DNA of 64,000 nt from a bacterium (GTDB lineage: Bacteria; Krumholzibacteriota; Krumholzibacteriia; LZORAL124-64-63). The notes beneath the pieces are model-generated. The model saw only the letters and a list, made by a program, of their open reading frames with translations. It did not search any database and had not been told where the DNA came from. Every line of letters begins with the position of its first letter. Position 1 is the first letter of the stretch. The position numbers and the translations under genes were made by a program. Below, piece after piece: positions 48,637 through 59,327 of this stretch. Location of the stretch: NCBI GenBank assembly GCA_031441465.1, contig JANOEP010000072.1, positions 1 to 64,000 on the forward strand, in the 5' to 3' direction.

Positions 48637-49395
48637 ATGCGCCGCAAGCTCGTCGCCGGAAACTGGAAGATGAACCTCGGACCCGCCGCCGCGACCAAAC
48701 TGGCGCGCCAGGTGGCCCTCGGCGTGCCGGGTCTCGACGGGCCGCCCGAAGTGCTGGTCTGCCCGCCCTTCGTCTCGATCCCCGCCGTGGCCGCCGTCCT
48801 GAAGGACAGCGCCGTGCTGCTCGGCGCCCAGAACTGCGCTGGCGAGGACGCGGGCGCCCACACCGGCGAGGTCGCGGCGCCCATGCTGAGCGAGGTCGGG
48901 GCGACCCACGTCATCGTCGCCCACTCGGAGCGGCGGACCCACCAGCGCGAGACCGACGACGAATTCGTGCGCAAGATCGACCGCGCCCACGCGGCCGGCC
49001 TCACCGCCATCTTCTGCTACGGCGAACGCATCGAGGAACGGCGGGCCGGCCGCGAGCGCGACGTGGTCCGCGCCCAGCTCGCCGGCGTGCTGCCGCGCCT
49101 CGCCGCACCCACGCCCGCGAACCTGGTGCTGGCCTACGAACCGGTCTGGGCCATCGGCACCGGCGAGACGGCGACCCCGGAGCAGGCCCAGGAGATCCAC
49201 GCCTTCTCGCGCGGGATCGTGGGCGAGCTGCTCGGCAACGACGCGGCCGCCCGGATGCGCATCCTCTACGGCGGCAGCATGAAGCCCGACAACGCGGCGG
49301 AACTGATGCGCCAGCCGGACATCGACGGCGGCTTGATCGGCGGCGCCAGCCTGAAGGCCGACGATTTTCTGGCGATCGTGCGCGGCGCCCTCTGA
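48637..49395 (+). CDS. tpiA: Triosephosphate isomerase
   Basis: AGNWKMN, HSERR, AYEPVWAIGTG, YGGS, GGASL. Confidence 0.95.
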   Translation: MRRKLVAGNWKMNLGPAAATKLARQVALGVPGLDGPPEVLVCPPFVSIPAVAAVLKDSAVLLGAQNCAGEDAGAHTGEVAAPMLSEVGATHVIVAHSERRTHQRETDDEFVRKIDRAHAAGLTAIFCYGERIEERRAGRERDVVRAQLAGVLPRLAAPTPANLVLAYEPVWAIGTGETATPEQAQEIHAFSRGIVGELLGNDAAARMRILYGGSMKPDNAAELMRQPDIDGGLIGGASLKADDFLAIVRGAL

Positions 49396-49418
49396 CGTAC
49401 CCAACCCGGGAGACGAAC

Positions 49419-52043
49419 ATGTACCGACGCCTCCAGCGCCCGGCCGCCGTCGCGGCGTGCGCGTTGCTGATCACGATCGTGACCGCGACCGCGGCGCTCG
49501 CCGCCGGCGAGGACCTGCTGTTCCCCGACCCGGTTTTCCCAGACTTGCCGCCCGGCGCCGAAGTCCTGAGCCTGGAGAACGGCCTGCAGGTGGTGCTGCT
49601 GCCCAACCCGGCCCAGCCCATGACGGCGGTGCTGACCCAGGTGCGGGTCGGCTCGGCGTACGAGGACTTCCGCACCAGCGGCATGAGCCACATGCTCGAG
49701 CACCTGCTGTTCAACGGCACCGCGACGATGACCCAGGAAGAGCTGTACGCCGCCGCCGACCGCCTCGGTGCCTGGAACAACGCCCACACGAGCGACTTCT
49801 TCACGAACTTCATCATGATCGTCCCGTCGGCGAAGCTGGCCGAGGGTGTGGCCCTGCAGGCCGGGATGCTCTTCCACTCCACGCTGCCGGCCGACAAGTT
49901 CGAGAAGGAGCGGGGCATCGTGGTGGGCGAGATCGTCCAGGCCCGCGATCGCGACGAAGACCCCGCGGGCGGGATCATCCGCGAGGCCGCCTTCGCGGGC
50001 AGCAGCCTCGCGCTGCCGACCCTCGGCACCCTGAGCACGATCGAGCACCTGCGCCGCGACGACGTCGACGCCTTCTACCACAACCACTACGTGCCCAACA
50101 ACATGATCACCACGGTGGCCGGCAACTTCGACCGCGAGGCCGTCCTCGCCCTGCTGCGCGAGCACTTCGGCGCCGTGCCGCCCGGCACCGTGCAGCGGCC
50201 GCCGCTGACGCCCGCGCCGCCGGTGAACGGCGCCGGGGTCGTCACCCGCCGCGCCGGCGACACCCACGTGCTGGCCCTGGTCTACGAGGCGCCCGGCTAC
50301 GGCGCGGCTGATTTCTTCGCCTTCGAGGCCCTGACCGGTCTGCTGGACGCGCCCGCGACCGGCCTGCTGGCGCAGGCCTTCGTGAAACTGCCCGAGGACC
50401 GGCGCCCCACCGTGTCGTCGTGGTGGGACCGGGCCGACGGTTTCGCCCGCCTCACGCTGCGCCTCGACCTGCCCGCGGACGCCGATCCCGCCCTCTACCG
50501 CGGTCTGGTCGTGGACGCCCTGGCCGCGGCCGCGAAGAAGGGCTTCGCGGCGGCCGACATCACCGAGATCGTGCGCGGGCGCACCACCGCGACGCTGCTC
50601 GAACGCGAGCAGTTGCGGATGCTGGCGATCACCGCCGCCGAGCCCCTGACCCTGGGCGGTCCGGACCACTTCCTGGGCTACCTCGACCGTCTGGCCGCCG
50701 TCTCGCCCGCCCGGATCGTCCGCACCCTCGAACGCCACCTCGTGGGCCGGCCGCACCTGGCGGTGCACGTGCTGCCCGCCGCGGCCGCCGCCGCCGGCGC
50801 GGACAGCGCCGCCGTCATGGTGGAGCGCTCGACGTTGGCCAACGGCACGGTGCTGGTCACGCTGCGCAACCCCGTCTCGCCGCTGTTCGCGGCACACGTC
50901 GCGGTGCGCAACCGCGTCGCCCTGGACGGCGACCACGCCGGCGCCCTGAACCTCGTGCACCGGCTGTTGCCGATGGGCACGCGGGACTGCGACCGGGAAT
51001 GCCTCGCGCACCGCCTGGGCGCGCTGGGCGCCGAACTGAAGCTCGTCGACGATCCGAACATCCCCATGGACGACTACTACACCGGCGGCCGCTTCTCCTG
51101 GGTGCGCCTGGAGACCGGCGCCGACGTCGGCCCGGCGGCCCTGACCCTGTTGCTCGGCCTGCTGCGCGAACCCGCCTTCACGGCGGCCGACGTGGCCGCC
51201 GAAATCGCGGCCCAGCAGGAGATCCTCCAACGCCAGGCGGGCAGCGCCGGGCAGCGCGCGCGGCGCCTGTTCGCCGACGCCCTCTACGGCGCCCACCCGC
51301 TGTCCCGTGCGCCCGAGGGTGTGCCGGGCTCGCTCGACGGCCTCGACCTCGCGGCCCTGAAGGACCTCCACCGCCGCGCCTTCGCGCCGGCGAATCTGGT
51401 GGTGACCGTGGTGTCGTCCTTGCCCCACGCGCAGATCGCCGCGCTGGTCGAGGCCCACCTGCCCGGCCGCGGCGAACCCAGCCCGGAGCTGCCGGCCCTG
51501 CCGGTGACCGCGCAGGACGCCCGCGTGACCGCGACGGCCGGCGGGCCCATGGCCGCGATCCGCACCGGCTCGCTCTTCGCCGTCGATCCGGCCGACGCCC
51601 CCGCCCTGCAGATGCTGGTGGACGTGCTGTCGGACCGCATCGCGATGGATCTGCGCGAGACGCGCGGTTTGAGTTACAGTACGGGGGCCGGCGTGGAGAT
51701 TCACGGCTCGGGAGCGGCCCTCGAGGCCTGGCTCAACCCCCCGGCGGCGCGCCTGGCCGAAGGGGAGCAGGCGCTGCTGGAGGCGGTGCGCGGCTTCGAC
51801 GCCGCGACGGTCACGCAGGCGGAGCTGGACAAGGCGCGCGGGGCGCGCTCCGGCCGCCTGATGATGCGGCGCCTGGCGAGCATCAGCCAGGCCTACTACC
51901 TGGCGACGGCCGAACTCGACGGTCGGGTCGACGGCTACCTGACGGCGCTCGCGGCCCACGACACGGTGACGCTGGACGACCTCGTGCGCGTCGGCGGCAG
52001 GTACCTGAAGGACCGGCCGCTGGTGACCGCGGTCGCGAACTGA
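49419..52043 (+). CDS. Secreted M16 family zinc protease
   Basis: Signal peptide; LENGL, HMLEHLLF (HXXEH), LRETRGLSY. Confidence 0.9.
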   Translation: MYRRLQRPAAVAACALLITIVTATAALAAGEDLLFPDPVFPDLPPGAEVLSLENGLQVVLLPNPAQPMTAVLTQVRVGSAYEDFRTSGMSHMLEHLLFNGTATMTQEELYAAADRLGAWNNAHTSDFFTNFIMIVPSAKLAEGVALQAGMLFHSTLPADKFEKERGIVVGEIVQARDRDEDPAGGIIREAAFAGSSLALPTLGTLSTIEHLRRDDVDAFYHNHYVPNNMITTVAGNFDREAVLALLREHFGAVPPGTVQRPPLTPAPPVNGAGVVTRRAGDTHVLALVYEAPGYGAADFFAFEALTGLLDAPATGLLAQAFVKLPEDRRPTVSSWWDRADGFARLTLRLDLPADADPALYRGLVVDALAAAAKKGFAAADITEIVRGRTTATLLEREQLRMLAITAAEPLTLGGPDHFLGYLDRLAAVSPARIVRTLERHLVGRPHLAVHVLPAAAAAAGADSAAVMVERSTLANGTVLVTLRNPVSPLFAAHVAVRNRVALDGDHAGALNLVHRLLPMGTRDCDRECLAHRLGALGAELKLVDDPNIPMDDYYTGGRFSWVRLETGADVGPAALTLLLGLLREPAFTAADVAAEIAAQQEILQRQAGSAGQRARRLFADALYGAHPLSRAPEGVPGSLDGLDLAALKDLHRRAFAPANLVVTVVSSLPHAQIAALVEAHLPGRGEPSPELPALPVTAQDARVTATAGGPMAAIRTGSLFAVDPADAPALQMLVDVLSDRIAMDLRETRGLSYSTGAGVEIHGSGAALEAWLNPPAARLAEGEQALLEAVRGFDAATVTQAELDKARGARSGRLMMRRLASISQAYYLATAELDGRVDGYLTALAAHDTVTLDDLVRVGGRYLKDRPLVTAVAN

Positions 52044-52062
52044 GCCGGGGACGGGGAGGACC

Positions 52063-54141
52063 ATGATCCGGAGAGCGACGATCCTCTGCGCCTGTCTGCT
52101 GACCGCCGCCGCCGCGAGCGGGATGCCGGTCATCCATCACGATCTCCAGGTGCGCTTCGATCTGCCGAACCACCGCGTCGACGTCACGGACCAGCTGACG
52201 GTGCCCGCCGGCGTCGACACCCTGCTGCTGAACGCGGGCGTGGCGCTGACGGGCCTGTCCCGCCGCCATCCCGACGGCACGGGCGAGCAGCAGAAGCTCG
52301 ACGCCGCCGTCGGGGAGACTGCGCCGCCCGACACGGCGGTCGTCCACCTGCAGGTCGATCCGAGCGGGCACACGCTCGCGGAGGACGAGGTCCTGCAGAT
52401 GACCCTCACGTACGCCGCCCGCTGGTCCGAGTCCACCGCCGACGTCACCTTCTCCCGCGAGAACGTCGGCCGCGAGATCCAGGGCACGATCTCCGACGAG
52501 GGGATCTACCTGGCCGCGTCCTCCTACTGGCTGCCGCTCGCCGACGGCGCGCTGCACACCTACCGCTTGAAGGTCGTCACGCCGGCGGGATGGGAGCCGC
52601 TGACCCAGGGCGAGCGCACGCTGCACGAGGAGAAGGACGGCCTGCTGACGACGGTGTGGGAGTCCGCCGAGCCCTCCGACGGCCTCACCCTGATCGCCAA
52701 CCGCTACCTGGTGACCGAGCGCGACTTCGGCGGCGTCCTGGGCGCCACGTACTTCCTCGCCGACGAGCCGGCGCTGGTCGAGACCTACCTCGAGCGCACC
52801 GGCGCCTACCTCGACATGTACCGCGCGATGATCGGCCCGTACCCCTTCAGCCGCTTCACGACGGTCGAGAACTGGTTCCCCACCGGCTACGGCATGCCCG
52901 GCTGGACCCTGCTCGGCGGCCAGGTGCTGCGCCTGCCCTTCATCCCCACCACCAGCTTCGGCCACGAGATCGCCCACAACTGGTGGGGCAACTCGGTGTT
53001 CGTCGACGTTGAGCGCGGCAACTGGTGCGAGGGGCTGACCGTCTACTGCGCCGACTACCACTACAAGGAGCTGGAGTCGCCCGCGGCCGCGCGGGAGTAC
53101 CGCCGCACCCTGCTGAAGGACTACGCCGCCTACGTGCGCGACGGCCGCGACCTGCCGTTGCGCGACTTCCGCGAGCGCCACAGCGGCGCCACGCGGGCCG
53201 TGGGCTACGGCAAGTCGATGATGGTCTTCCACATGATCGACGAGACGATCGGCCGCGACGCGTTCCTGTCCGCCCTGCGCGACGTCGCCCGCACGCACCT
53301 GTTCCGCGAAGCGGCCTGGGACGACTTCCTGGCGGCCTTCGCGGCGTACGGGACCCGCGACCTGACGGCCTTCGGCGAGGCCTGGCTGGGCCGCGCCGGC
53401 GCGCCGACGCTGCGCCTGGAGTCGGCGGCCCGCGAGGGCGACCGGGTGACGGTGACGCTGACCCAGGGCGACGACGTCTGGCCGCTGCGGGTGCCGGTCA
53501 CGGCCACGACACCGGCGGGCCCGATCACTGCCATGGTCGTGATGGACGACCGGCGCCTGACCCACACCTGGACGGCGCCCGGAGCGACGGCGGTCCAGGT
53601 GGATCCCGATTATCATGTATTCCGGCGCCTGCATCCCGAGGAGATCGAACCGACCCTCAGCCAGATCCTCGGCGATCCCGCGCCCCGTTTCATCCTGCCG
53701 GCGGGAGCGCTGGCGGATGCGGCCTCGGCCTTCGCCGCCGACTGGGTCGAAGGGGGAGAGGCGGTCGTCGTCGACGCCGCCGCCGATCCCGAGGGCCACA
53801 GCCGGATCCTGGTGAACCCCGACGGCGCCGTCGCCAAGACGCTGCTGCCGGCCCAGGCGCAACTCGCGGGCGGGCTGCTGTTCCTGAACGGGCAGCGCCT
53901 CGACCTCGCGACCAACGACGCGGTCCTGGCCGTGCCGGCACCCGGCCGGCCGGGAGCCGCCGACCTGCTGGTCTTCTGCCGTTCGGCCGAGCGCCTGACG
54001 GCGTTGGCCGGCCGACTGAGCCACTACGGCAAGTACTCGCACCTCGTGTTCCCCGCCCGGGGAGCCGCGCTCAAGGGCAACTGGGAGGCTGCGGCCTCGC
54101 CCCTGCGCGCGGACCTCACCGGCAAGACGAAGGAGAAGTGA
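52063..54141 (+). CDS. Secreted M1 family aminopeptidase
   Basis: HEIAHNWWGN..NWCEGL, GYGKS. Confidence 0.85.
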   Translation: MIRRATILCACLLTAAAASGMPVIHHDLQVRFDLPNHRVDVTDQLTVPAGVDTLLLNAGVALTGLSRRHPDGTGEQQKLDAAVGETAPPDTAVVHLQVDPSGHTLAEDEVLQMTLTYAARWSESTADVTFSRENVGREIQGTISDEGIYLAASSYWLPLADGALHTYRLKVVTPAGWEPLTQGERTLHEEKDGLLTTVWESAEPSDGLTLIANRYLVTERDFGGVLGATYFLADEPALVETYLERTGAYLDMYRAMIGPYPFSRFTTVENWFPTGYGMPGWTLLGGQVLRLPFIPTTSFGHEIAHNWWGNSVFVDVERGNWCEGLTVYCADYHYKELESPAAAREYRRTLLKDYAAYVRDGRDLPLRDFRERHSGATRAVGYGKSMMVFHMIDETIGRDAFLSALRDVARTHLFREAAWDDFLAAFAAYGTRDLTAFGEAWLGRAGAPTLRLESAAREGDRVTVTLTQGDDVWPLRVPVTATTPAGPITAMVVMDDRRLTHTWTAPGATAVQVDPDYHVFRRLHPEEIEPTLSQILGDPAPRFILPAGALADAASAFAADWVEGGEAVVVDAAADPEGHSRILVNPDGAVAKTLLPAQAQLAGGLLFLNGQRLDLATNDAVLAVPAPGRPGAADLLVFCRSAERLTALAGRLSHYGKYSHLVFPARGAALKGNWEAAASPLRADLTGKTKEK

Positions 54142-54797
54142 TGATGCGCAAGAAGATGATGGTCGGATTCCTGTTGATGGCGGCCCTGGCCCTGGTCCTG
54201 GGCGGTTGCGGCATGAGCCGGGCCCAGAAGGGCGCGCTGCTGGGCGGCGCGGCGGGCGCCGGCGCCGGCGCGGCGGTGAGCAAGAACAACACCAAGGGGG
54301 CGGTGATCGGCGGCGCGGCGGGCGCCGTCATCGGCGGGCTGATCGGCTCCTACCTCGACAACCAGGCGCGCGAGATGGAGGAGATCGAGGGGGCCGCGGT
54401 CACCCGCCAGGGCGACGAACTGCAGGTCACCTTCGAAAACGCCATCCTGTTCGACTACGACTCGTCGGCCCTCAAGACCGCCTCGCAGGACCAGCTGCGC
54501 GAGGTCGCCGACGTGCTCTCGCGCTACCCTGACACCGACATCATGGTCCGTGGACACACCGATAGTTCGGGTTCCGACGACTACAACCAGTCCCTCAGCG
54601 AGCGCCGCGCCGCCGCGGTCCGCGGCTTCCTGATGGGCGCCGGCGTGGCCGCGAACCGCATCACCGCCCACGGCTACGGCGAGTCCGCACCGGTCGCCGA
54701 CAACGGCTCCGAGTCCGGCCGCTCGCAGAACCGCCGCGTCGAACTGAACGTCCAGGTCAACGAGGAATTCCGCCAGCGCGCCGCCGAGCAGGGCTGA
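54141..54797 (+). CDS. OmpA-family lipoprotein with glycine zipper
   Basis: LGGC, GGAAGA repeats, ILFDYDS, GHTD, LSERRA, NRRVE. Confidence 0.92.
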   Translation: MMRKKMMVGFLLMAALALVLGGCGMSRAQKGALLGGAAGAGAGAAVSKNNTKGAVIGGAAGAVIGGLIGSYLDNQAREMEEIEGAAVTRQGDELQVTFENAILFDYDSSALKTASQDQLREVADVLSRYPDTDIMVRGHTDSSGSDDYNQSLSERRAAAVRGFLMGAGVAANRITAHGYGESAPVADNGSESGRSQNRRVELNVQVNEEFRQRAAEQG

Positions 54798-54871
54798 TCC
54801 GATCCCGATCCCGGGCGGGCGGCGTCCCTGCCGCCCGCCCCGCCGCCGACCGACCAACCAGGGAGCGAACC

Positions 54872-56329
54872 GTGACCACCTACGAGAGCCTGCAGCCCCG
54901 GTCCGTCTGGAGCATCTTCGCCGAACTGTCCCGCATCCCCCGCGGCTCCGGCAACGAGGCCGCGGTCCTGGACATGCTCAAGGCCTGGGCCGACGCCCGC
55001 GGCCTGAAGTGGAGCCAGGACCAGGTGGGCAACCTCCTGGTGCGCATCCCGGGCACGCCGGGCCGCGAGCAGGCCGCGCCGGTGCTCGTGCAGGGGCACG
55101 TCGACATGGTCTGCGAGAAGAACGGCGCCACGAAGCACGACTTCGCCAAGGACCCGATCAAGCTCCTGGTTGCCGACGGCTGGGTGACGGCCGACGGCAC
55201 CACGCTGGGCGCGGACAACGGCATCGGCGTGGCCATGGGGCTCGCCTTGGCCGACGAGAAGGGGCTCAAGCACCCCCCGGTGGAAGTGCTGCTGACCGTC
55301 GACGAGGAGCGCGGCCTGACCGGCGCGGCCGGCGTCGAGCCGGGCTTCTTCAGCGCCCGCCGCATGATCAACCTCGACTCCGAGGAGGACCGCTCCCTGT
55401 TCATCGGCTGCGCCGGCGGACGCGACTCGGTCATCACCGTGAAGAACAAGAAGAGCGCGCTGGGCAAGGGGCTCGTCGGGCACAAGGTCGTCGTGTCCGG
55501 CCTCAAGGGCGGGCACTCCGGCCTGGACATCGACAAGAACCGCGGCAACGCGATCAAGATCCTCGCCCGCCTGCTGCTGGCCGCGCGCGAGACGGTGCCC
55601 TTCAAGCTCGTGGACTTCGACGGCGGCAGCATGCGCAACGCCATCCCGCGCGAGGCCACGGCCCGCGTGGCGGTGCCCGAAGCGCAGGCCGGCGCCTTCA
55701 AGAAGCTCGTCGACAAGGCGGCGGCGGCGCGCATCCTGAGCGAGGAACTGGCCGGCATCGACGACCTGGCGTCCGTGAAGGTCGCCAAGTGCAAGGTGGA
55801 CCACAGCCTGGGCGGCAACTGCACCCTGCGCGTCCTGCGCCTGATCGAGGCGCTGCCCAACGGCGTGCTGGCCATGAGCCAGGCCATCCCGGGACTGGTC
55901 GAGACCAGCTCCAACGTGGGCGTGGTGAAGACCAAGGGGACCACGGTGGAGCTGGTCTGCTGCAGCCGCTCCTCGAACATGTCGGCCCTGGACGGCCTCG
56001 TGCAACGCCACCGGACCATCGTCGCCCTGCTGGACGACCGGGCCGCGATCGAGCAGCCCGAAGGCTACCCCGGCTGGCAGCCGAACCCGGCCTCGCTGCT
56101 GGTGCAGGCCACGGCGCGCACCTACGAGCGGATCTTCAAGGTCGTGCCGGAGCTGAAGGCGATCCACGCCGGTCTGGAGTGCGGCCTGCTGACCGAGAAG
56201 TACCCGGACCTGGACATCGTCTCCTTCGGCCCGGACATCCACGGCGCCCACTCGCCCGACGAGAAGGTGAGCGTGGCCTCGGTCGCGAAGGTCTGGCAGC
56301 TGTTCACCGGGGTGATGAGCGAACTCTAG
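54872..56329 (+). CDS. pepD: Aminoacyl-histidine dipeptidase (M20C)
   Basis: QGHVDMVCEK, LGADNGIG, DEERG, GGHSG, IHAGLECG, HSPDE. Confidence 0.93.
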   Translation: MTTYESLQPRSVWSIFAELSRIPRGSGNEAAVLDMLKAWADARGLKWSQDQVGNLLVRIPGTPGREQAAPVLVQGHVDMVCEKNGATKHDFAKDPIKLLVADGWVTADGTTLGADNGIGVAMGLALADEKGLKHPPVEVLLTVDEERGLTGAAGVEPGFFSARRMINLDSEEDRSLFIGCAGGRDSVITVKNKKSALGKGLVGHKVVVSGLKGGHSGLDIDKNRGNAIKILARLLLAARETVPFKLVDFDGGSMRNAIPREATARVAVPEAQAGAFKKLVDKAAAARILSEELAGIDDLASVKVAKCKVDHSLGGNCTLRVLRLIEALPNGVLAMSQAIPGLVETSSNVGVVKTKGTTVELVCCSRSSNMSALDGLVQRHRTIVALLDDRAAIEQPEGYPGWQPNPASLLVQATARTYERIFKVVPELKAIHAGLECGLLTEKYPDLDIVSFGPDIHGAHSPDEKVSVASVAKVWQLFTGVMSEL

Positions 56330-56354
56330 ACGGAGCGGCTCCCACCGACACGGA

Positions 56355-56387
56355 AGCGGCCCCTGCTCACCGGGAGCAGGGGCCGCT
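56355..56387. terminator. Hairpin between convergent genes
   Basis: AGCGGCCCCTGCTC-ACCGG-GAGCAGGGGCCGCT. Confidence 0.65.
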
Positions 56388-56406
56388 CGCGTCTGGGGAG
56401 ACGCGG

Positions 56407-58575
56407 TCACTCGCGGGGATCGAGCGGCCGTTCGCCGTCGTGTTCCAGGGCCGCGGCCCGCCGCACGGCGTCGCGGAAGTCGCGGACGCGCCCGTCGCCG
56501 CGCAGCTCGTCGGCCAGGTCGTCGGCCAGCGGGATCAGGTCGGCGATGCGGTGCTCCTTCGCCCAGAAGCTGTGCCGCAGGATCTCGGCGAACTCCGCCA
56601 CGGCGGCCTGCAGGCGGAACCGCGCCGGCGCGGCGTCGAAGCTGCGGGAGAGGTCCTCCAGGCCGACGCGCTGCTCGATCTCGCGGACCGTGCCGCGGTC
56701 GCGGCCGGCCGGCTCCTCGTAGCGGACGCGCACGGTCGCCAGGCGGGGGGCGCGGCGCCGCGCGAGCGGGTCGGCCCGGTCGTCGCCGCGGACGAGCTTC
56801 AGCTCGTAGAGTGCGGTCACGGTGTGGCCGGCGCCGACTTCGCCCGCGTCCACGTCGTTGTTGCGGAAGTCGCGGTCGGCGACGTCGCGGTTCTCGTAGC
56901 CGAGCAGGCGGTAGCGGTCGACCGTCTCGGGGTCGAACTCCACCTGGATCTTCGCGTCGCGGGCGACGACCTGCAGGGTCGCGGTCAGGTTCTCGCGGAA
57001 GACGCGCTCGGCCTCGTCGGCGCGGTCCACGTAGGCGTAGTTGCCGTCGCCCGAGTCGGCCAGCCTCTCCATCAGCACGTCGTTGTAGTTGCCCATGCCG
57101 AAGCCCACCGCCGACAGGTAGATGCCGCGGTCCGACTCGCGGCGGGCGCGGGCGAGGATGTCGTCGGCCGCGGTCTGCGCCACGTTGGCGACGCCGTCCG
57201 AGCAGAGGACCAGGCGGTTGTTGGCGCCGTCGCGGAAGTGGCGGCGCGCCATGTCGTAGCCCTCGTCGAGGCCGGCCGCGGCGTTGGTGCTGCCCTCGGG
57301 CCGCAGTCGGTCCACGGCGTCGAGGATCAGTTCGCGGCGCGAAGCGTCCACCGGCTCGAGGACCGTGCGCGCGTCGGAGCCGTAGACCACGATGCCCACG
57401 CGGTCGCCCTCGCCCAGCTCGTCCACCAGGACGCGCAGGGTCCGCTTCACCAGGCCGAGGCGGTTCTCCTGCTCCATCGAGCCGGACACGTCGATCACGA
57501 AGACCAGCTGCGAGGGACGCCGCCGTTCCGCGCTCACGGTGCGGCTCTGCACGGTCAGCCGCAGCAGGTGGTAGCCGTCGCGGAAGGGGGCCGGCGAGCC
57601 GTCGGCGTGGATCGCGAAGTCGCCGCGGCGCTCGGGCGCGAAGCCGGCGTCGAAGGCGTTGACGAACTCCTCGACCCGCACCGCCGCCGCTGGCGGCAAT
57701 TCGTTGCGGGACAGGTAGTTGCGCGTCACGGTCCACGACGCCTGGTCCACGTCCACGGCGAAGGTCGACAGGGGGTCGTCCTCGACGGCGATGAACGGGT
57801 TCACTCCCGCGTGTTCGAAGTACATCAGCTCGTAGGGCTCGCCGTTGGGCGGGGTGGTGCCGCCGGTGACCGAGCCGCGGCCGGGTTCGACGACCGGCGC
57901 TCCGGGGACCCGCATGGCGACCTCTCCGCTGCGACCGCCGCGGCCGCTCATCTCGCCTTCGCGCATCCGTACGCCGCCTTGCTTGGCGCTGGATTCCTCG
58001 ACCGAATCGATGGCGTAATCGGAGAGTCGGTCGCCTGTGAAGGACTGCTCCGTCGTGGCGTTCTTGTCCTCGACCATGTACTTCGAACCTTCGACAACGA
58101 ACGCCTCCGTGGTCATCAGCACGTCGTCCGGCGAACCGCCGCCGGTATCGCCCGAAATGCCGGCGACTTCGTCGCGGCCGGATTTCCGGGCCTCGCCGGC
58201 CGCGGTCCGCGGCGCCGGCGGCGGCGTGCCGTGCTCCGGCGTCGCCCTCGTGCCGAGATCGGCGGGCGCGGTCGCGGCCGAAGGCACGCCCAGCTCCGTG
58301 TAGCGGACGGTCCCGGTCGCGGGCGCCTCCAGGACGCGTTCGTCCACGATGTGCGTGGACCCGCGAATCGCCGGGTTTTCCCGTGCGACGTCGCCGCCGC
58401 GCATGACGAGCAGCGCCAGCGCGGCCAGCGCCAGGGTGCCCGCGACACCGGTCGCCGGCAGCAACAGGGTGCGCCGGCGGGGACGCGCCTCGCCCTCGGC
58501 GACGATCCGCCGCCAGAGGCTCTCGCGTTCGTGATCGGTGAGCAGGTGCTGGTTCTTATCGAGATGGCTTTTCAT
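56407..58575 (-). CDS. YfbK-like vWA/DUF3520 protein with N-terminal TM (anti-sigma-like) and plug-like segment
   Basis: LSTFAVDVDQAS, VRVEEFVN, IDVSGSM (MIDAS), SDGVAN, YRLLGYENR, DAGEVGAGH. Confidence 0.88.
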   Translation of the reverse strand: MKSHLDKNQHLLTDHERESLWRRIVAEGEARPRRRTLLLPATGVAGTLALAALALLVMRGGDVARENPAIRGSTHIVDERVLEAPATGTVRYTELGVPSAATAPADLGTRATPEHGTPPPAPRTAAGEARKSGRDEVAGISGDTGGGSPDDVLMTTEAFVVEGSKYMVEDKNATTEQSFTGDRLSDYAIDSVEESSAKQGGVRMREGEMSGRGGRSGEVAMRVPGAPVVEPGRGSVTGGTTPPNGEPYELMYFEHAGVNPFIAVEDDPLSTFAVDVDQASWTVTRNYLSRNELPPAAAVRVEEFVNAFDAGFAPERRGDFAIHADGSPAPFRDGYHLLRLTVQSRTVSAERRRPSQLVFVIDVSGSMEQENRLGLVKRTLRVLVDELGEGDRVGIVVYGSDARTVLEPVDASRRELILDAVDRLRPEGSTNAAAGLDEGYDMARRHFRDGANNRLVLCSDGVANVAQTAADDILARARRESDRGIYLSAVGFGMGNYNDVLMERLADSGDGNYAYVDRADEAERVFRENLTATLQVVARDAKIQVEFDPETVDRYRLLGYENRDVADRDFRNNDVDAGEVGAGHTVTALYELKLVRGDDRADPLARRRAPRLATVRVRYEEPAGRDRGTVREIEQRVGLEDLSRSFDAAPARFRLQAAVAEFAEILRHSFWAKEHRIADLIPLADDLADELRGDGRVRDFRDAVRRAAALEHDGERPLDPRE

Positions 58576-59162
58576 GACCGGCCTCCTCGGATGACATCCA
58601 GTCCGCTGTCCGCGTCCTGGAGGAATGTCCGCATGCTGTGGCACGCCCGGTGGTGGTGGACCCGCGCGGTGGCCTCGGCGCAGCCGAGGCAGTCCGCGAC
58701 CTCGCGGAACGGGAGTTCCTCGAGTTCCCGCAGCAGCAGGGCGGCCCGCTGCTGGGCGGGCAGCCGCATCAGCGCCGCCCGGAAGGCGGGATCGGCGACG
58801 GTCGGCGCGGGTCCGGGGGGCGCGACGGCGAGGTCGGAGGCGGTCTCGAGCGCGAAGGAGCGCAGGTGCCCGAGCCGCCGGCGCAAGCCGCGCCGCCAGT
58901 CCAGGGTCTTGCGCAGGGCGATGGCGCGCAGCCAGCCGAGCACGGGAGCCTCGCCGCGGTACGACGACATCCTGTGCATCGCCGTGACGTAGGTCTCCTG
59001 GAGCAGGTCCAGCGCGGTGTCGCGATCACCGGTCTGGTAGCACAGGAAGTTGAAGAGGGGCCGGCAGGTCTCCTCGTAGAGAGTCCGCCAGGTCTGCTCG
59101 TGGTCCCGTGCCGTGTCGTGCTCGTTGGTCAAGGCAGGTCGTCCTGAGGGTTCCGCGTTCAT
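58572..59162 (-). CDS. ECF RNA polymerase sigma factor
   Basis: DLLQETY, WLRAIA, LPAQQRAALLLRELEELPFREVA; overlaps the vWA gene start. Confidence 0.88.
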   Translation of the reverse strand: MNAEPSGRPALTNEHDTARDHEQTWRTLYEETCRPLFNFLCYQTGDRDTALDLLQETYVTAMHRMSSYRGEAPVLGWLRAIALRKTLDWRRGLRRRLGHLRSFALETASDLAVAPPGPAPTVADPAFRAALMRLPAQQRAALLLRELEELPFREVADCLGCAEATARVHHHRACHSMRTFLQDADSGLDVIRGGRS

Positions 59163-59188
59163 GGTCTCCACCTCCGTTCACCCACCAG

Positions 59189-59216
59189 GACGTTCCCGGC
59201 GGGCGATCCGTTTACA
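59189..59216 (-). promoter_or_regulatory. ECF-type (autoregulatory) promoter
   Basis: Minus strand TGTAAAC-N17-CGTC upstream of the ECF gene. Confidence 0.55.
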
Positions 59217-59327
59217 CGGACGGAAGCTTTTCATGAGGAAGCGGGCGGGAGGGCGGCCCGTCAAGCCCGGAAAGAGCGGCGGCGGCCCCTTGCGGAACCG
59301 CCGCCGCGCCGTCGTCGGGATCGCGGG

